DNA from: Lama glama | Lineage: Eukaryota | Assembly: GCA_028534125.1 (NCBI GenBank) | Contig: CM052816.1 | Location: 90,770,001 to 90,834,000, forward strand | Direction of reading: 5' to 3' | DNA length: 64,000 nt | In this document: positions 26,401 to 39,203 of the stretch, piece after piece | How positions within the stretch are numbered: position 1 is the stretch's first letter | Layout: each line of letters opens with the position of its first letter | Translations under genes and position numbers: made by a program | Notes under the pieces: model-generated | The model's input: only the letters and a program-made list of their open reading frames with translations | Told to the model about the DNA's origin: nothing | Databases searched by the model: none

Positions 26401-28235
26401 CCTTTTCTGTCCAATTTTTATTTTACAAGGTGTCTGTCTTCTAGAATTAACTCAAGCTTTCAGAGTAGGTCCTGAATTTATGATAAAACAAGCAGATGCT
26501 TATTGAAGAAATTGATGAATGAGTGAAACTGCCATCCCTTCAGATAATTTGGGTCCGCTCCAGACTCAACACAGTAGAATGAGAGGCAAAAGTAGTGGAA
26601 AAGTGAAAGAGAAATGGATTCTCGCCAAAGAGAAATGGAATTCTGTTGGGAGAGAAGACTGGCCACTGCCCCTCTGTTCGCTTCTTCTTGACTAATGGGA
26701 AGGGGAGGGGACTGGATTGTTGAAATAACTGACAGATCATGCCCAGCTGCAGGAAATGAGCAAACACATAAGAAAAACATTCCCTGAAAGAATAATGACA
26801 GAAAAAAATCGCCATATGCCAAACAAAAAAGTTACCAGCTCTCCAGGAAAAACCCATTCATAAATGGAAACAAATTAGTTGTATCTACTTAACAAAACAG
26901 AGTCTTCTACGTGTAACCTGTGCTACAGAGACCACAAGTACTGCCATCAGACAAAAGAAAGGGTGGGGGTGACTTGTGTGAAATGCCACAGCTAAGAATA
27001 AAATCACTTCACACAGCCAAGGGGCCACCACCAGACAGGTGCCTCCCGCATACATTCAAAGATCAGGACAGATAACATCCTAGTCTATAATAAGAAATGT
27101 GAAAGGCTCAGCAAGGCAACCGTATTATAAATTGCGAGAGGAAGAACATCTATTTCACTTTCCTATTGTTATCTCATTTTAACGCAACGGATTCGATTCC
27201 ATCACGGCGTCTTCATGTCCTGGGCGATTCCTGGGTGGACAACATCTATGGACCTCGGTATCGAGGGTTATTTCTGCCAGTGCTGCTTTAATGTTCAGCA
27301 CTACAACCCACGTTAGTCACAAAGCTCAACAGAGCACTAGTCTGTGCCAAAGCTCACGGGCAAAACTCGTTCTAGGAGGCTTGACTTTCCCTCCCACCAA
27401 CTGCTAGAGTCACTGTGGTTCCCCTGGCAGTAAGATCATTCCCTTCATCCACTTACAAAAAGAGGCCCCTGCAGGGCGAAGTGAGGGCAGAAATGGAAAA
27501 AGGAAGAGGGAAGGGAAAAAAAAGATCATGTACCCTCATGGCTGGTTGTTGTTTTTGTTTTTTTTTTAAATGAAGAAACAAGCGAGAAAATAAATAAATA
27601 AAATGAAGTCCTTTCTTGAAATTAATTAATGTAACTTTTTTCTTGGTAAATAAAAATTAAAAATCAGTAACTGTCTGGCATTATCCCTACTTTTTTTTTT
27701 TTTAACCATATACTCTTATCCATGTCATATCCAAGACTTGAGCCATGGGCTCCATTCAATTCCTTAATTTTTTTTTCTAAATTTCTTAACCTAACTCAAA
27801 TCATGTTAGCTTCGCAGGTTCTCAGACGATGGTAATGACTTCCAAAAAACAAACGTTCAAGAAAGGAAGACACTTTCATCCATTACAGTCGTACTCTGGG
27901 CTAGACTCTTCACTGTTTTTCTGTTTCCTCAAGAGTTTAAACTAAATCTTCAAAGAAAATTAAATATTCTCCAGAGTGAACCCTACTCTGTAGTTAGTGG
28001 TTAACTCACTTTCTAAAAACCAGGTTTCCAAAGAGAAACAAAAAGTATTAATCCTAAACCCTGTGGCTTTACTTTAAACAATTCCACTTTAGGCCAGATT
28101 AAGCCCACTCATGGGTCATTTTTTCTTCTCAAAATATCAAAATGTTTTATAGAGATGTCCTAATTTAGCCTCAGAAATCTTTTTTAAAGGTGAGAAAAGC
28201 ACACTTGTTTATAGAAGGGCAAAATTTTAGCTTTC

Positions 28236-28336
28236 TGTTTTTTCCTTTTCTTTCCTTCCTTCCTTTTCTCCCTTTCTTTCCTTCTTTTCTTTTCTTTCCT
28301 TCTCCTTCCTTCCTTCCTTCCTTCCTTCCTTCCTTC

Positions 28337-28390
<54 letters not shown>

Positions 28391-28447
28391 CTCTCTTTCT
28401 TTCTCTCTTTCTTTCTCTCTTTCTTTCTTTCTCTCTGTTCCTTTTTT
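28236..28447. repeat. Polypyrimidine compound microsatellite (TTTTC/TTCC/TTTC)
   Basis: Directly visible. Confidence 0.95.
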
Positions 28448-28939
28448 CCAGTGATAAAGCAAAGATGATTGGTAGCTCCGAACACTGATGTGTTGGAAAG
28501 GAGGCGATAGTTAAGACTGCTCTTCACTCTTAGTAGGAAATAGCCAGGCTGGTCTACACCTCTTCATGGAGAAAAGTGAAAACTGCTCTGGCAGCAGTGA
28601 GAGTCCCAGAGACACTGGGCGTGCAGACTGAAGCCCAGTCCATGGAGTTCCTGCAGTTCTTTCTGTAATTGTCCCAGCCTCAGTCTTTGCTTGGCAATTT
28701 GGGACCTTTCTTGCCATTGTGATTCTGATAGATCCTGTATTTTCTTGCAAGTATTGAGTGCCGAGGCTTCCCATGCCCCCCAGTTAAATGCAATGTATCC
28801 AGATGAGGAGGGAGTGTATCTTTTAAAAAATAAATCAATTCTCCTCTTATACCTTCTTTCTCTTGCCTCCACCTCCTGTCCTAAAACAATCTCATTTATT
28901 CTTTCGATATTTTAATGTTATTAAAAATAAATGTTCTAA

Positions 28940-29125
28940 TAAGGGGAAGAGGAATGGGGAGTTGCTGTTCAACAAATACAGTCTCCGTTATGCAGGATGA
29001 AGGTCTGGAGATCTGATGGATGAGACTGTGCTCACAGTTGGAAATACTGTACTGCACACATAACAGTTTAAGAGATTCAATCTCTTGTTATCTGTTCTCA
29101 CTACAATAAAAAAGAAAGAGAGAAA
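28940..29125 (+). mobile_element. L1M 3' end fragment
   Basis: GGAATGGGGAGTTGCTGTTCAA...TGTTCTCACTACAATAAAAA. Confidence 0.7.
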
Positions 29126-29661
29126 TTAATATGAAATGACCCCAAAGGTTCAAACAAAAATAAATCCTCTAAGAAGAGTTAATATGTTGAAATGCTTGGG
29201 AACCATGAATAAAGGATCTAAGAGAAACAAAAAAAGAGGAAATGCAAGCACATCTCATAAATTGTTTCAACATCCATGCCGAGAGACTAGGAGGAGGCAG
29301 AAAACAAAAGGTCTCTATGAAGGGTTTAAGAGATAAATTGTATTCCAGTCTACAACTGCAGCCTTGTTACAAAGGGTTCTTTAAACATTTCTGATGGGAA
29401 TGAAGTGAATTATGGCTGACATGTGGGGCAGGAGGACGTAAAAGGGCAGGAGGTCGGGTAAATGAAAACAGTGAATTTCCTTGTCAGAGGCGCATACCTG
29501 CCTCACCTCTTCAGTGAAGGTTTCCTCTTTATTTAAGATTTGGAAGTTAATTATCCTTTGCATTATTTGTTTCTCACCTCAATATGATCTACTCCAGAAT
29601 GGTTGATGTTTTGATGATCCCTACATTCCAAGCATTGGATTTTGAAAGGTATGAAATTATA

Positions 29662-29868
29662 CATTAACTACTATATATAAAATAAATTAAAAACCAGATT
29701 TCTTCTGTATAGCACAGGGAACTGTATTCAATATCTTGTAGTAACATATAACAAAAAAAATATGAAAATGAATATAGGTGTTTATATGTATGACTGAATC
29801 ATTATGCTGTACTCCAGAAATGGCCACATTGTAACTGACTATACTTCAATAAATTAAAGAAAAAAAAG
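29662..29868 (+). mobile_element. Short artiodactyl-type L1 3' tail
   Basis: CTGTATAGCACAGGGAACT..ATTCAATATCTTGTA; CTTCAATAAA + A-tail; TSD GAAATTATA. Confidence 0.85.
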
Positions 29869-30363
29869 AAATTATATGGGATTCTCAGATAACTCATTAC
29901 AAGACATTTCCATCCTCTGAAATTTATGAAAAGCTCTCACCATGCATCATTCATTGATCCAATCATTAGCCAAGATTTTATTCAAACCAAACACAGCACC
30001 GGGCAGTGAGCTGTGGGCTGAATTATGTTGTAAACGGAGTCCTTTATAGGGAGACCCAGGCCGAGCAAAAGCCACCCTGCGTGACTTCTTTCAGATGCCA
30101 GCACTGGGCATAACTAACATTTTGTGGGAACCAGCTACCTGCCAGGCCTGCAGTACATCATTTAACCTTCGCAAGTCCTCTGGGGAAAATGAGCATCTGT
30201 TATTCTACACTACAAAAGAGGAAATTGAGGCATTGAGTTGCTAAGAAATTGACCTAAGGCCCCAGAGGAGGCTCACCCAATGTGTCTGACAGCTGCCACC
30301 CACCTCTTTGTGGAAAGAGTGGAGAAAGGATGGATCCTAGGTCTTCAGTCCTGCAATTAAACT

Positions 30364-30665
<302 letters not shown>

Positions 30666-30891
30666 CCAACAGTAGAATGTATGTAGAAAACCTAGTGCAA
30701 ATATATCCCCAGTTCCCTCCCTGGTCATGCTCCTCCTACACGTTAATTCAAGGGTCAGCAAGTATTTTCTGTAAAGAGTCAGTTAGGATCATCTGAGGTT
30801 TTCCAGCCTGTAAGTTTCCTACCACAACTATTCAACCCTGTCCTTGAAGCTCCAGAACAGCCAGACAATACATAAATGAACGGGATGGCTG

Positions 30892-31950
30892 TGTATATGC
30901 AAAACGTCGCCTGCCATATGAGTGAACAAAGTATGTTGTGGCCACCAAGCCATCAGCCACTGCAGCCGCCCCCCTCCCGCACCCCCCTACACTGTGCGGT
31001 GATTCAGGATGGAGAAAAATGGGACATTGGCCCTAGAGAGCTAAGGTACATAGCAAAAGAATGATTTCACTAAGACTCCTGCATCTTCCCATACAGAGAA
31101 AAGCACTAAATTCATTAACTTGAGATGTTTGATTTTCTTTAACAGTAATTTTTTAACATTTTTTATTGAGTTATAGTCACTTTACAATGTTGTGTCAGAT
31201 TCCAGTGTAGAGCACAATTTTTCAGCCATACATGAACATACATATATTCACTGTCACATTGTTTTTGCTGTGAGCTACCACAAGATCTTGTATATACTTC
31301 CCTGTGCTATATAGTATAATCTTGTTTTATCTATTCTACATTTTGAAATCCCAGTCTGTCCCTTCCCACTCACCACCCCCTTGGCAACCACAAGTTTGTA
31401 TTCTATGTCTATGAGTCTGTTTCTGTTTTGTATTTATGTTCTTTTTTTTTTTAGATTCCACATATGAGTGATCTTGTATGATATTTTTCTTTCTCTTTCT
31501 GGCTTACTTCACTTAGAATGACATTCTCCACGGACATTCATGTTGCTGCAAATGGCATTATGTTGTCACTTTTTAGGGCTGAATAGTATTCCATTGTATA
31601 AATATACCACATCTTCTTTATCCAATCATCTGTTGATGGACATTTAGGCTGTTTCCATGTCTTGGCTATTGTAAATAGTGCTGCTATGAACATTGGGGTG
31701 CAGGTGTCTTTTTGAAGTAGGGTTCCTTCTGGATATATGCCCAGGAGTGGGATTACTAACAGTAATCTTTTGATGTTCCAACTACCTGGTTTTTGTTGCA
31801 AAAACTCCTATATATCCTGGCTCCTCCCTTATCTCTTTGGATCAGTCCCTCAGACTCATCTGAGAGGCTGCCTCCAGGGCTTAAGTCCTCAGAATAAGAC
31901 ATAATTCTCAACTTCGAGGTTGTTCCTTTTTTTTTTTTTCCCAGTCAGTA
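30892..31950 (+). mobile_element. ERV-like solo LTR (second family) interrupted by L1
   Basis: LTR-like sequence with CCTATATA and a degenerate polyA signal AATAAG, continuous across the L1 TSD; ends approximate. Confidence 0.6.
31150..31756 (-). mobile_element. 5'-truncated lineage-specific L1 (ORF2 C-terminus + 3'UTR)
   Basis: Peptide IPLLGIYP..TCTPMFIAALFTIAKTWKQPKCPS..WIKKMWYIYTMEYY; TSD TAACAGTAAT (31140-31149 / 31757-31766). Confidence 0.92.
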
Positions 31951-34900
31951 GTTAGGTTCCAATAACTTTATTTTAAAGCAGCCCCTTGTCCTGATTTAAT
32001 CCATCCTCTTCTGCCAAGACACACTTTCCTACAGGAGCTCCTTCAAGATCAAAATTCTTAACCTGGGGGCCTCAGGCTTCTAAACTCCCTGAAGTGAACT
32101 GCAAAATTGTTTATTGATCTTTTTGTTTGTATGAGGATTTTTCAGGGTTAGGCTCTATAGCTCTCATCAGATTCTCGAAGGTTCCATGACTCGAAAGGTT
32201 AAACCCGAGGTCCTCACTGCAGCCTGTGCAGTCAGCTCCGTGGCCCACAAGGGCCCTCCCACCTGCTATATTATTAGTTACCTTTCCCTTCAGCGCACTC
32301 ATACTGCACTGTCACTGGGGTCCCCAAAACATCTTGCACAACTTTCAAGTGACTGAGCCTTTGCAAATGCTTTTCAGTCTGGTTGAGATGATTTAATTTA
32401 ATTCAATTCATGAACATTTATTGATGAAGCAGTTCCTCACAGCTAGACTGGGAATAGAGAAACATCTCACAGTTGAGTCAGAAAGGCTCACATGCTATTA
32501 CCAACCAATTCAGAGTAAAAGATGCTGTCAGAAGGCTCCAGAGGGGTGCCTACCCCAGATGCGGGGGCATCAGGTGATGTTTCCTGAACGAAATGCTGGT
32601 AAAATGGGACCTAAAGAATGCCTCTATCTGAAAAAGAGGGTGAGTGGAAGGCAAGGTACTTGCAAAGGTTTGTAGACAAAACACAGGTGAGTCTGTCAGG
32701 ACAGAATACAGGATGGGGAGGAAAAGATTAGACCAGAGAGGTGAGAGAGGTTGGATCGCAGAGGCTCTTGTATACAGATTAAGTGTTTGTGCTTTCTTAT
32801 AAAGGCAACGAGCGGGCCTGTGCGGTTGGCTGACCAGCAGACTTGCCATAACCTGGAGCTGCTTAGAAATGGAGTCATAGCCCCAACCCAGAACTACCAA
32901 ATCAAAATCCGCATTTCAACCCAGCCCTGGGCAATTGCTGTGCACACAGAAAGTTTGAGAGGCTCTTCTTTATCCTGGGTAAGCTCTGCTCCTTGTTTCA
33001 CCTGACAGGCTCTTACTCACCCAAGCTTCCAAAAATGGCCCTTGGGTAACAATCCTTTAAGATAATTGTTTTGTAATCAGATTCCCAGTCTTCCCCATGA
33101 CCTTCTCATTCTGCAGGTCTGGGTTGGAATCAAGGAATCTGTTTCTCCACAAAGTGTCGCAGGATGATTCTCACCTTAGGAAAGTTTCAGATAACACATG
33201 TCTGGGTCTCCAACTTGGCAAAATTAATTACTTCCAGGTTCCCATGGAGCTTTATCCTCGCTAGGAGCACAGTGTTAATGGGTTGTTCTGTAATTATTTT
33301 TTTACATATCTGTTTTCCTTGGTGGACTCTGAACTCTTGCCTTCTGATTTGCTTTTATGTTTTCCACGCCTGGCACAGTGCCTTCAACTCAGTCAGTACC
33401 CAAGTGCATCCACCAATGACTATGACCCCAAAGTGGTTCATCACTGTGAGTCCACCAGGCAGACCAAAGGTCAAACATGGCACTAAAACAACTGTAGCTT
33501 TAGTTTTTAATGAGCAATGTATCATAGGATCTTATTCTGAATATTGAAATCAAGGCCGGGAGAATGTTCCGTTCAAGCTGAAACCCTTCTTTGCCCTAAA
33601 ACTGGACACCTTGTCTCCTCTTACAGCTGATGGTTACAGCAGCCCTGGCCTGCCTTCTTCCAGACCCCTCCCCTTCCTGCAGCCATCACCCCCTGAAAAT
33701 GCCTTCATTTCACTGGCCTTTCAGCTCATCCTGCATTTGACCATCTGACCTTCTGTGACAGCAGATGCCTCTATCTGACCACGAGCCACATGAAGAAGTT
33801 ATTTCCTTTTATTTGTTCTATATTTCCTTCTTAACCAGTTGGCCTCATTTAAGAAATAACTTTTAAAGAAGAAATTAATTCAGTTTTTTTGTTGTAGTGG
33901 GGGTAGGGAGGGATTGGGGATATAAATGTTTTTAAAATCCCCTCAGAATCCCTTATTTAATTTAAAATTATATATATTTTTTTTCTGGCTGTATAAATAA
34001 CATGTACCCATTATGCAAATTTTGGAAAATAAAGAAGATTGTAAAGAATATAAATCTTACCACCTAGAATGTTATGGTTTTACTATTTATTAATAGGACT
34101 TAGTTTGAAACAGTTACATTAGCATTTTCTCGTATGTAAATCATTTGGTCATCTATGCCTCCTGTAGCTGGTGTCAGGTCCATGCAATGCTTTTGACACC
34201 TGCAACAGTGCTGCCTTGCAGGCAGAAAAGCGTTGTGAGGGATGCATGGAGCCAAGGCAACCTGAGGCTCTGAGGGAAGAGAGGAGACAGGGACTAAGCT
34301 CCCAGCAGGAAATCTGACTTTGGCAATGAAACTGGTAGGAGAGTTTGTCGCTCCAACTCTGGGGTTAAGGAAGAAGCGGAAACACCAGTAGGACAATATG
34401 AAAAATCTAAGTCACTTCCCAAATGTGCTTGTCCTTGAAAAAAAATCTGTATGACTACTTCTTTGGAGACTTTTTCAAGCATTTTCTTCATTCACCAATT
34501 CTAAGTCCCAATCTCTCAAGTCTCTGAAAGGAATTGGATTAAGTAAGTGCTAGCAAACTCTCTGTTTACTCTGAAAGGGAAAAAAGCTCACAAAGCGATG
34601 AGTCTCTTTAATGAGTCCATGGGAGAGCTAGTTTTTGATTGGCAAGCTGAAATCCCTTCCCTCCGAGGATCCAAGGGAAAAACCAAGGAGGGTTTTCTCA
34701 AGATTTGGTTTTTTATGGGCTTCTTTCTTTTTCTTAAGTCACTTTATTCTTTTATTTTTTTAAAGGTACTCATTATAAAACATGTAAGCGATGAAGAATA
34801 CAGAGATTAAGATATAAATATCATCTAAACCCAATACCTGGGCTCTGCTCTCCTGTCTGGGTTCATATTAAATATTCTGTGCCAAGGATCACACTGTCCA

Positions 34901-35949
34901 GTTGGGGAGGTAGCCTATGTTCATGGAGGTTCCTGCAAGACGTGGCTTAGCCCCATGGTTCAGTGATGAGTCCCAGAAAACAGAAAAGCTTGACATATTC
35001 TTTGTTCCCTGCTAACCTCTGGAGTGGTCAGATAGAGCCTTGGCTCCTGTTACCTTTTCCTTATCTTTTCCTGGACCTACCTCCTAAGTCCCCTTCTCTC
35101 TAAGGTGCAGAAGCTTGATGAACATTTTTAGAGGCTGAACGAAACCACACCAGAATCTTCTGTTCCCCGGCTTGTCACCCAGTCCCACTTTGTAGGTAAT
35201 GACATGAGGTTATACCTTTTCCCCAGTTTGGTTATTGAAAGTACATTTGTTGTTGTTGTTGTTTTGCTGGTTTTTATTATTGTTTATCCATTCCTTGAGG
35301 AAATAGACTAGAGGGAGAGTCTACAGTCTAAAGTCACTACTCTGTCTTTCCCAAGACCAAATTTTGAGTCACCCCTGGACCAGTAGAGGGACTGTGTAAT
35401 TCCAAGCAGAGGATTCTCTTTCTTTGATTGCTGTCACCAAAAGCATGATCTCCCAGTGGGCACAGAGGCAGTCATGAAGGAATAAAATACCAGTTCCAGG
35501 AAAGGTCTTTCAGAACAGGGAGAAAGTTTAGGCAGTTGCAGCCCCCATGGAAAAGCTGGCAGTCTTAATTCATACTGAATCTATTCATAGTTAATCGTTA
35601 ACTGTACTAAACAAGCCTTTCATCATCCATTGTAATTATTCATAGCTTGGCCTACTGTTGCTATGCTAAACTCTCTCTAAGGATAAGACTTAATAAAAAA
35701 AAATTCTCTTGTGACTTGGAACAATAGTCAGATATAGAAAGTTCTAGGCAAGGTTAAGTCTTCAAATAAGATTAAAATATCTGATTTTCATCTTTCCCAA
35801 GTATGGAAGGAGAAATGGAATAAATTTATGATTCTGGAGACTTTGGTGAGATTATCCAAAGGCATGATCACTTGACACTGGTGTTAGATGGTCTTTATGA
35901 TGAACCGTTTTAGGCCTTTCTCTGAAATCAGCTCTGATTTTGATTGATT

Positions 35950-37320
35950 AATTCTGGAAACATTTACTTAGAAGCTACTATATAATGTAACAGGCTCTAC
36001 GCTGGGCACTGGAAATGCAAAGATGAAACAGACATGACCTCTTTTCTTAGAAGATCATAGTCTATTGGGGGAGGCAGCAGGTACATAGCTAGTTTCTATT
36101 CGATGCAATACTGTAATATAATAGAGGCATGAACAGATGCTGGGAACAGAGAAAACTATGGATAAATATGCATATCCTCACTTAAAAACATATCCAGGGG
36201 AGATGGTCTTTGAACTGGTCTTAAAGTGCCAGGCAGAGAAAGAGTTAAGTAGTTAAGGCAAAAGACTCAGCATGTTTGAAGGCAGGTAGGTGTCAAAGGG
36301 CTGGCTCAGTCCTGGACCATGAGATGCTCAACGTGACAGGCTATGATGGGGAAGGTAAAGCTGAGTGGTAGAGTGCATGCTTAGCATGCATGAGGTCCTG
36401 GGTTCAATCCCCAGCACCTCCATTTAATTAATTCATTCATTAATTAAAACTAATTACCCCCTTCCCCCCCCCCAAAAAAAACCCCAGACCGGCCACAAGG
36501 TGCATGTGTGCTTGAGGGTGGAGGGGAGACAGAATTAGAATAGGCTGAAAACAGGCTGTGAAGAGTTTTGTTCAGCATCCTAGAGAATCTGGAAGTCATC
36601 TTATCAAAAAGGAGAGGGAGCTGATGGGATCCAATGTGCTTTTAGAACATTTATTCTTGTGTCAGTGATGAACATGACTGGAGTGGGAAGAGATCAGAAG
36701 CTGAAGGATTAATTATGAGACTCTTGCAGCTTTCCTGGCAACAAAAAAAACCCACAGATTTGAGCTAAGATAATTGTAGTGAGGAATGAAAGACAAAGGA
36801 CAGAATCAGGAGCTATTGTTATAGTAGGATTTGGGGTTGATGGAAACCCCAGTGAGAATGAGGTTGAATAAAGTAAGATTTCAATTTTCTTTTCTTGAAA
36901 CACAAGGTAGCTGGTGACCATGCTAACTCAGGAAAAATTGAAGAAGGAATGCATTTGTATGGGAGAAAGGAATTATAGAGAAAAGATAATAAGCTTAGAT
37001 CTGCAAAAAGTTGTCAAGTTTGGGTATCCGTTGTATGATTGGCAGTTGGGAGTCTGATCCAGGGCTCAGAAGAGAAGTGACTACAGAGAGGTGAATTAAG
37101 GAGCCCTCATCAACACGAGGCGACAGCTGAAGCTGTAGCTTTGGTTGACAGTATTCATTCATTTCACAAATATTTTATCTATTTACCACATGCCAGGTGA
37201 TGGGCTAGCAAGAGCATAAAAGAAGAAGGAAGAGATTATAGGGGTAGAATTTCAGAGAGTGTTAGTATTTACAGTACTGGATATTCAAATTTAAGGAGAA
37301 AAGGATTCAGCTAGGAAACT
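35950..37320 (-). mobile_element. L2 fragments
   Basis: ACATTTACT..CTACTATA..GGCACTGG..AAGATGAA; typical degraded L2 antisense composition. Confidence 0.55.
36348..36481 (+). mobile_element. tRNA-Ala-derived SINE (Vic-1 type)
   Basis: A box (AGCTGAGTGG), B box GGTTCAATCC, GCATGCTTAGCATGC, AT-rich linker, C-run and A-tail. Confidence 0.85.
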
Positions 37321-37504
37321 AAGAGCTGAGATTCTCAAGCGACACCTCCATGACCCTGGCATTATTAAACAGCACCAGGTGATTACGATGATTGTATTTC
37401 TCAGAGAAACATGAGCTCAAAGGGTGGCTGGAGGAGATGGAGTCAGGAAAATAGACTGCAAAGGCACAGAGGGAAGAGGGACGCCAGGCTGTGAGGTCCC
37501 TTTA

Positions 37505-37615
37505 AGAGGTAATCGGATTATTTATTTATTTATTTTAATAGAGGGACTGGGGATTGAACCTAGACCTCGGGCATGCTAAACATATGCTCTACCACTGAGC
37601 TATACCCTTCCTCCC
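37505..37615 (-). mobile_element. tRNA-Ala-derived SINE (Vic-1 type)
   Basis: Reverse complement of the same head (GGGGATTGAACC..CTCTACCACTGAGCTATACCC). Confidence 0.85.
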
Positions 37616-38422
37616 ATCCCCCTACCAACATCTAGCCTTAAATCTTAAGACATACAGTTGACCATGGGATTTAAATCTACATGGGATTATTCACTGGGTT
37701 CACTCCAGAACTCTCCACCCTTCCATTTTGACTCATTTGAACCTCAGTTTACCTAAGACAACGTCTTACTCACACTCACCATTCTTCTGCCGAAGCTGCT
37801 CCTTCTCAGTGCTCTAAATGGGCAACTTTCTGCTTCCAGATGTTTGGATTGACCTTCTAATCTGAACTACACATGTTCCCTTTGACCCTCGCCTCTACCA
37901 ACCAGTGGGCCAACAGTGAGCTCCCTTTTAGCATAGCCCCAGGACCTCCCACAGCTGTGAAAAACCCAATGGGTGGCTCATCCAGTAACTATCAGGTCCA
38001 GATAGAGGAGAGGAAAAAAAACAATCATGGAAGGGACTTCTTCCAGGAAGAAGTTATTCTTCCAAATTTCCCACCCAATGCAGGACTCTCTCTGATAGTA
38101 TCCTTAACCAGTGGGTAATCCAGCGTCTTTGAATCTCCATCCAGTAGCACCGAGACAGCATATTCTAATGCTGAACAAGCTTCATTCTTGATGTGAGCCA
38201 AATCCTCTAACTCACTGATTAAGTTCTAGCTTCTGTCTCCACAAAAAGCAGGCCCCACCCACGTGTACGAGACAACCTGTGTCTATGAAAGCCTCTGTTG
38301 TATTCCCTTTTTCTAGTTAAACACCCCAGGCAGTTTCCACAACTCTGAGTGTGATCTGTTATTGGGCCTCTGGATTATTCTGATTGTTTCATCTGGAAAT
38401 GAAGGAACTTTGCTTTAGATTC

Positions 38423-38740
38423 CGTATCAGTTTCCTACGGCTGCTAAAACAAATGATCACAAATGTAGTGGCTTAAAACAACACAAATTTACTATCTTAT
38501 CTTTCTGGAAGTTAGAAGTGTAGAATCAATTTTGCAGAACTATAACCAAAGTGTCTACAAAGCTGGTTCCTTCCTTCATCTTCAAAGTTCATCACTCCAG
38601 TCTCCCTGTTTCTGTCTTATACAAGGACACTTGTGATTACATTTAAGGCCTGCACAGATAATCCAGGATAATCTTCCCATCTCAAAATTCTTAATGTAGT
38701 CATAGATGCAAAATCCCTTTTATTCAGCCTACCAGAGATA
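38423..38740 (-). mobile_element. MaLR LTR (MLT1C/D-like)
   Basis: GTATCAGTTTCCT..GGCTTAAAACAACACAAATTTA..GGATAATCTTCCCATCTC. Confidence 0.7.
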
Positions 38741-38849
38741 CCGCAATTAATACACCCTAAGACTGGGTTAACTTTTTCATCTACCGAGTTTTGCCACCAG
38801 CCAAACACTCACAGTATTTTCCACTGTTCTGCTGAGCCTAACCTTGGAT

Positions 38850-39203
38850 ACTAATTAGGATTGTTCTCCTCCTGCTATGCACCTGGTAGGTGCACTTCCC
38901 TCCCCCTCTGGAGTGAGATGTGGTCTTGTGACTTCCTTGGCAAGGTGAAGTGAGATGACATGGTACTTCTCTGGGAGCTTTAAGAGGTAATTAAAAATTT
39001 TCCTCTGTGACTGTAATCAGCAATGTTCACATGGCAGTTTCCATCGCCTGGATCCCAGAGTGAGGAAAATGTAGAGCAAAGCTCCCAGATGATCCACTGT
39101 GGATGTTTAAGGTAATCGAGCAATAAAATCTTGTTGCTAAATAACTGGAGTTCTGGGGGTAATTTGTTACTGCAACATAATCTAGTCTATCCTGACTGAT
39201 ACA
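38850..39203 (+). mobile_element. MaLR LTR (MLT1H-like)
   Basis: Ends TTTGTTACTGCAACATAA..CCTGACTGATACA. Confidence 0.65.

Larger units (their letters stand above)
30748..32010 (+). mobile_element. MER58A (hAT-Charlie) split by an LTR insertion
   Basis: GGGTCAGCAA..TTTTCTGTAAAG..GGCTGTG at ~30748-30893 resumes as GTTCCAATAACTTTATTT at ~31956. Confidence 0.7.
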
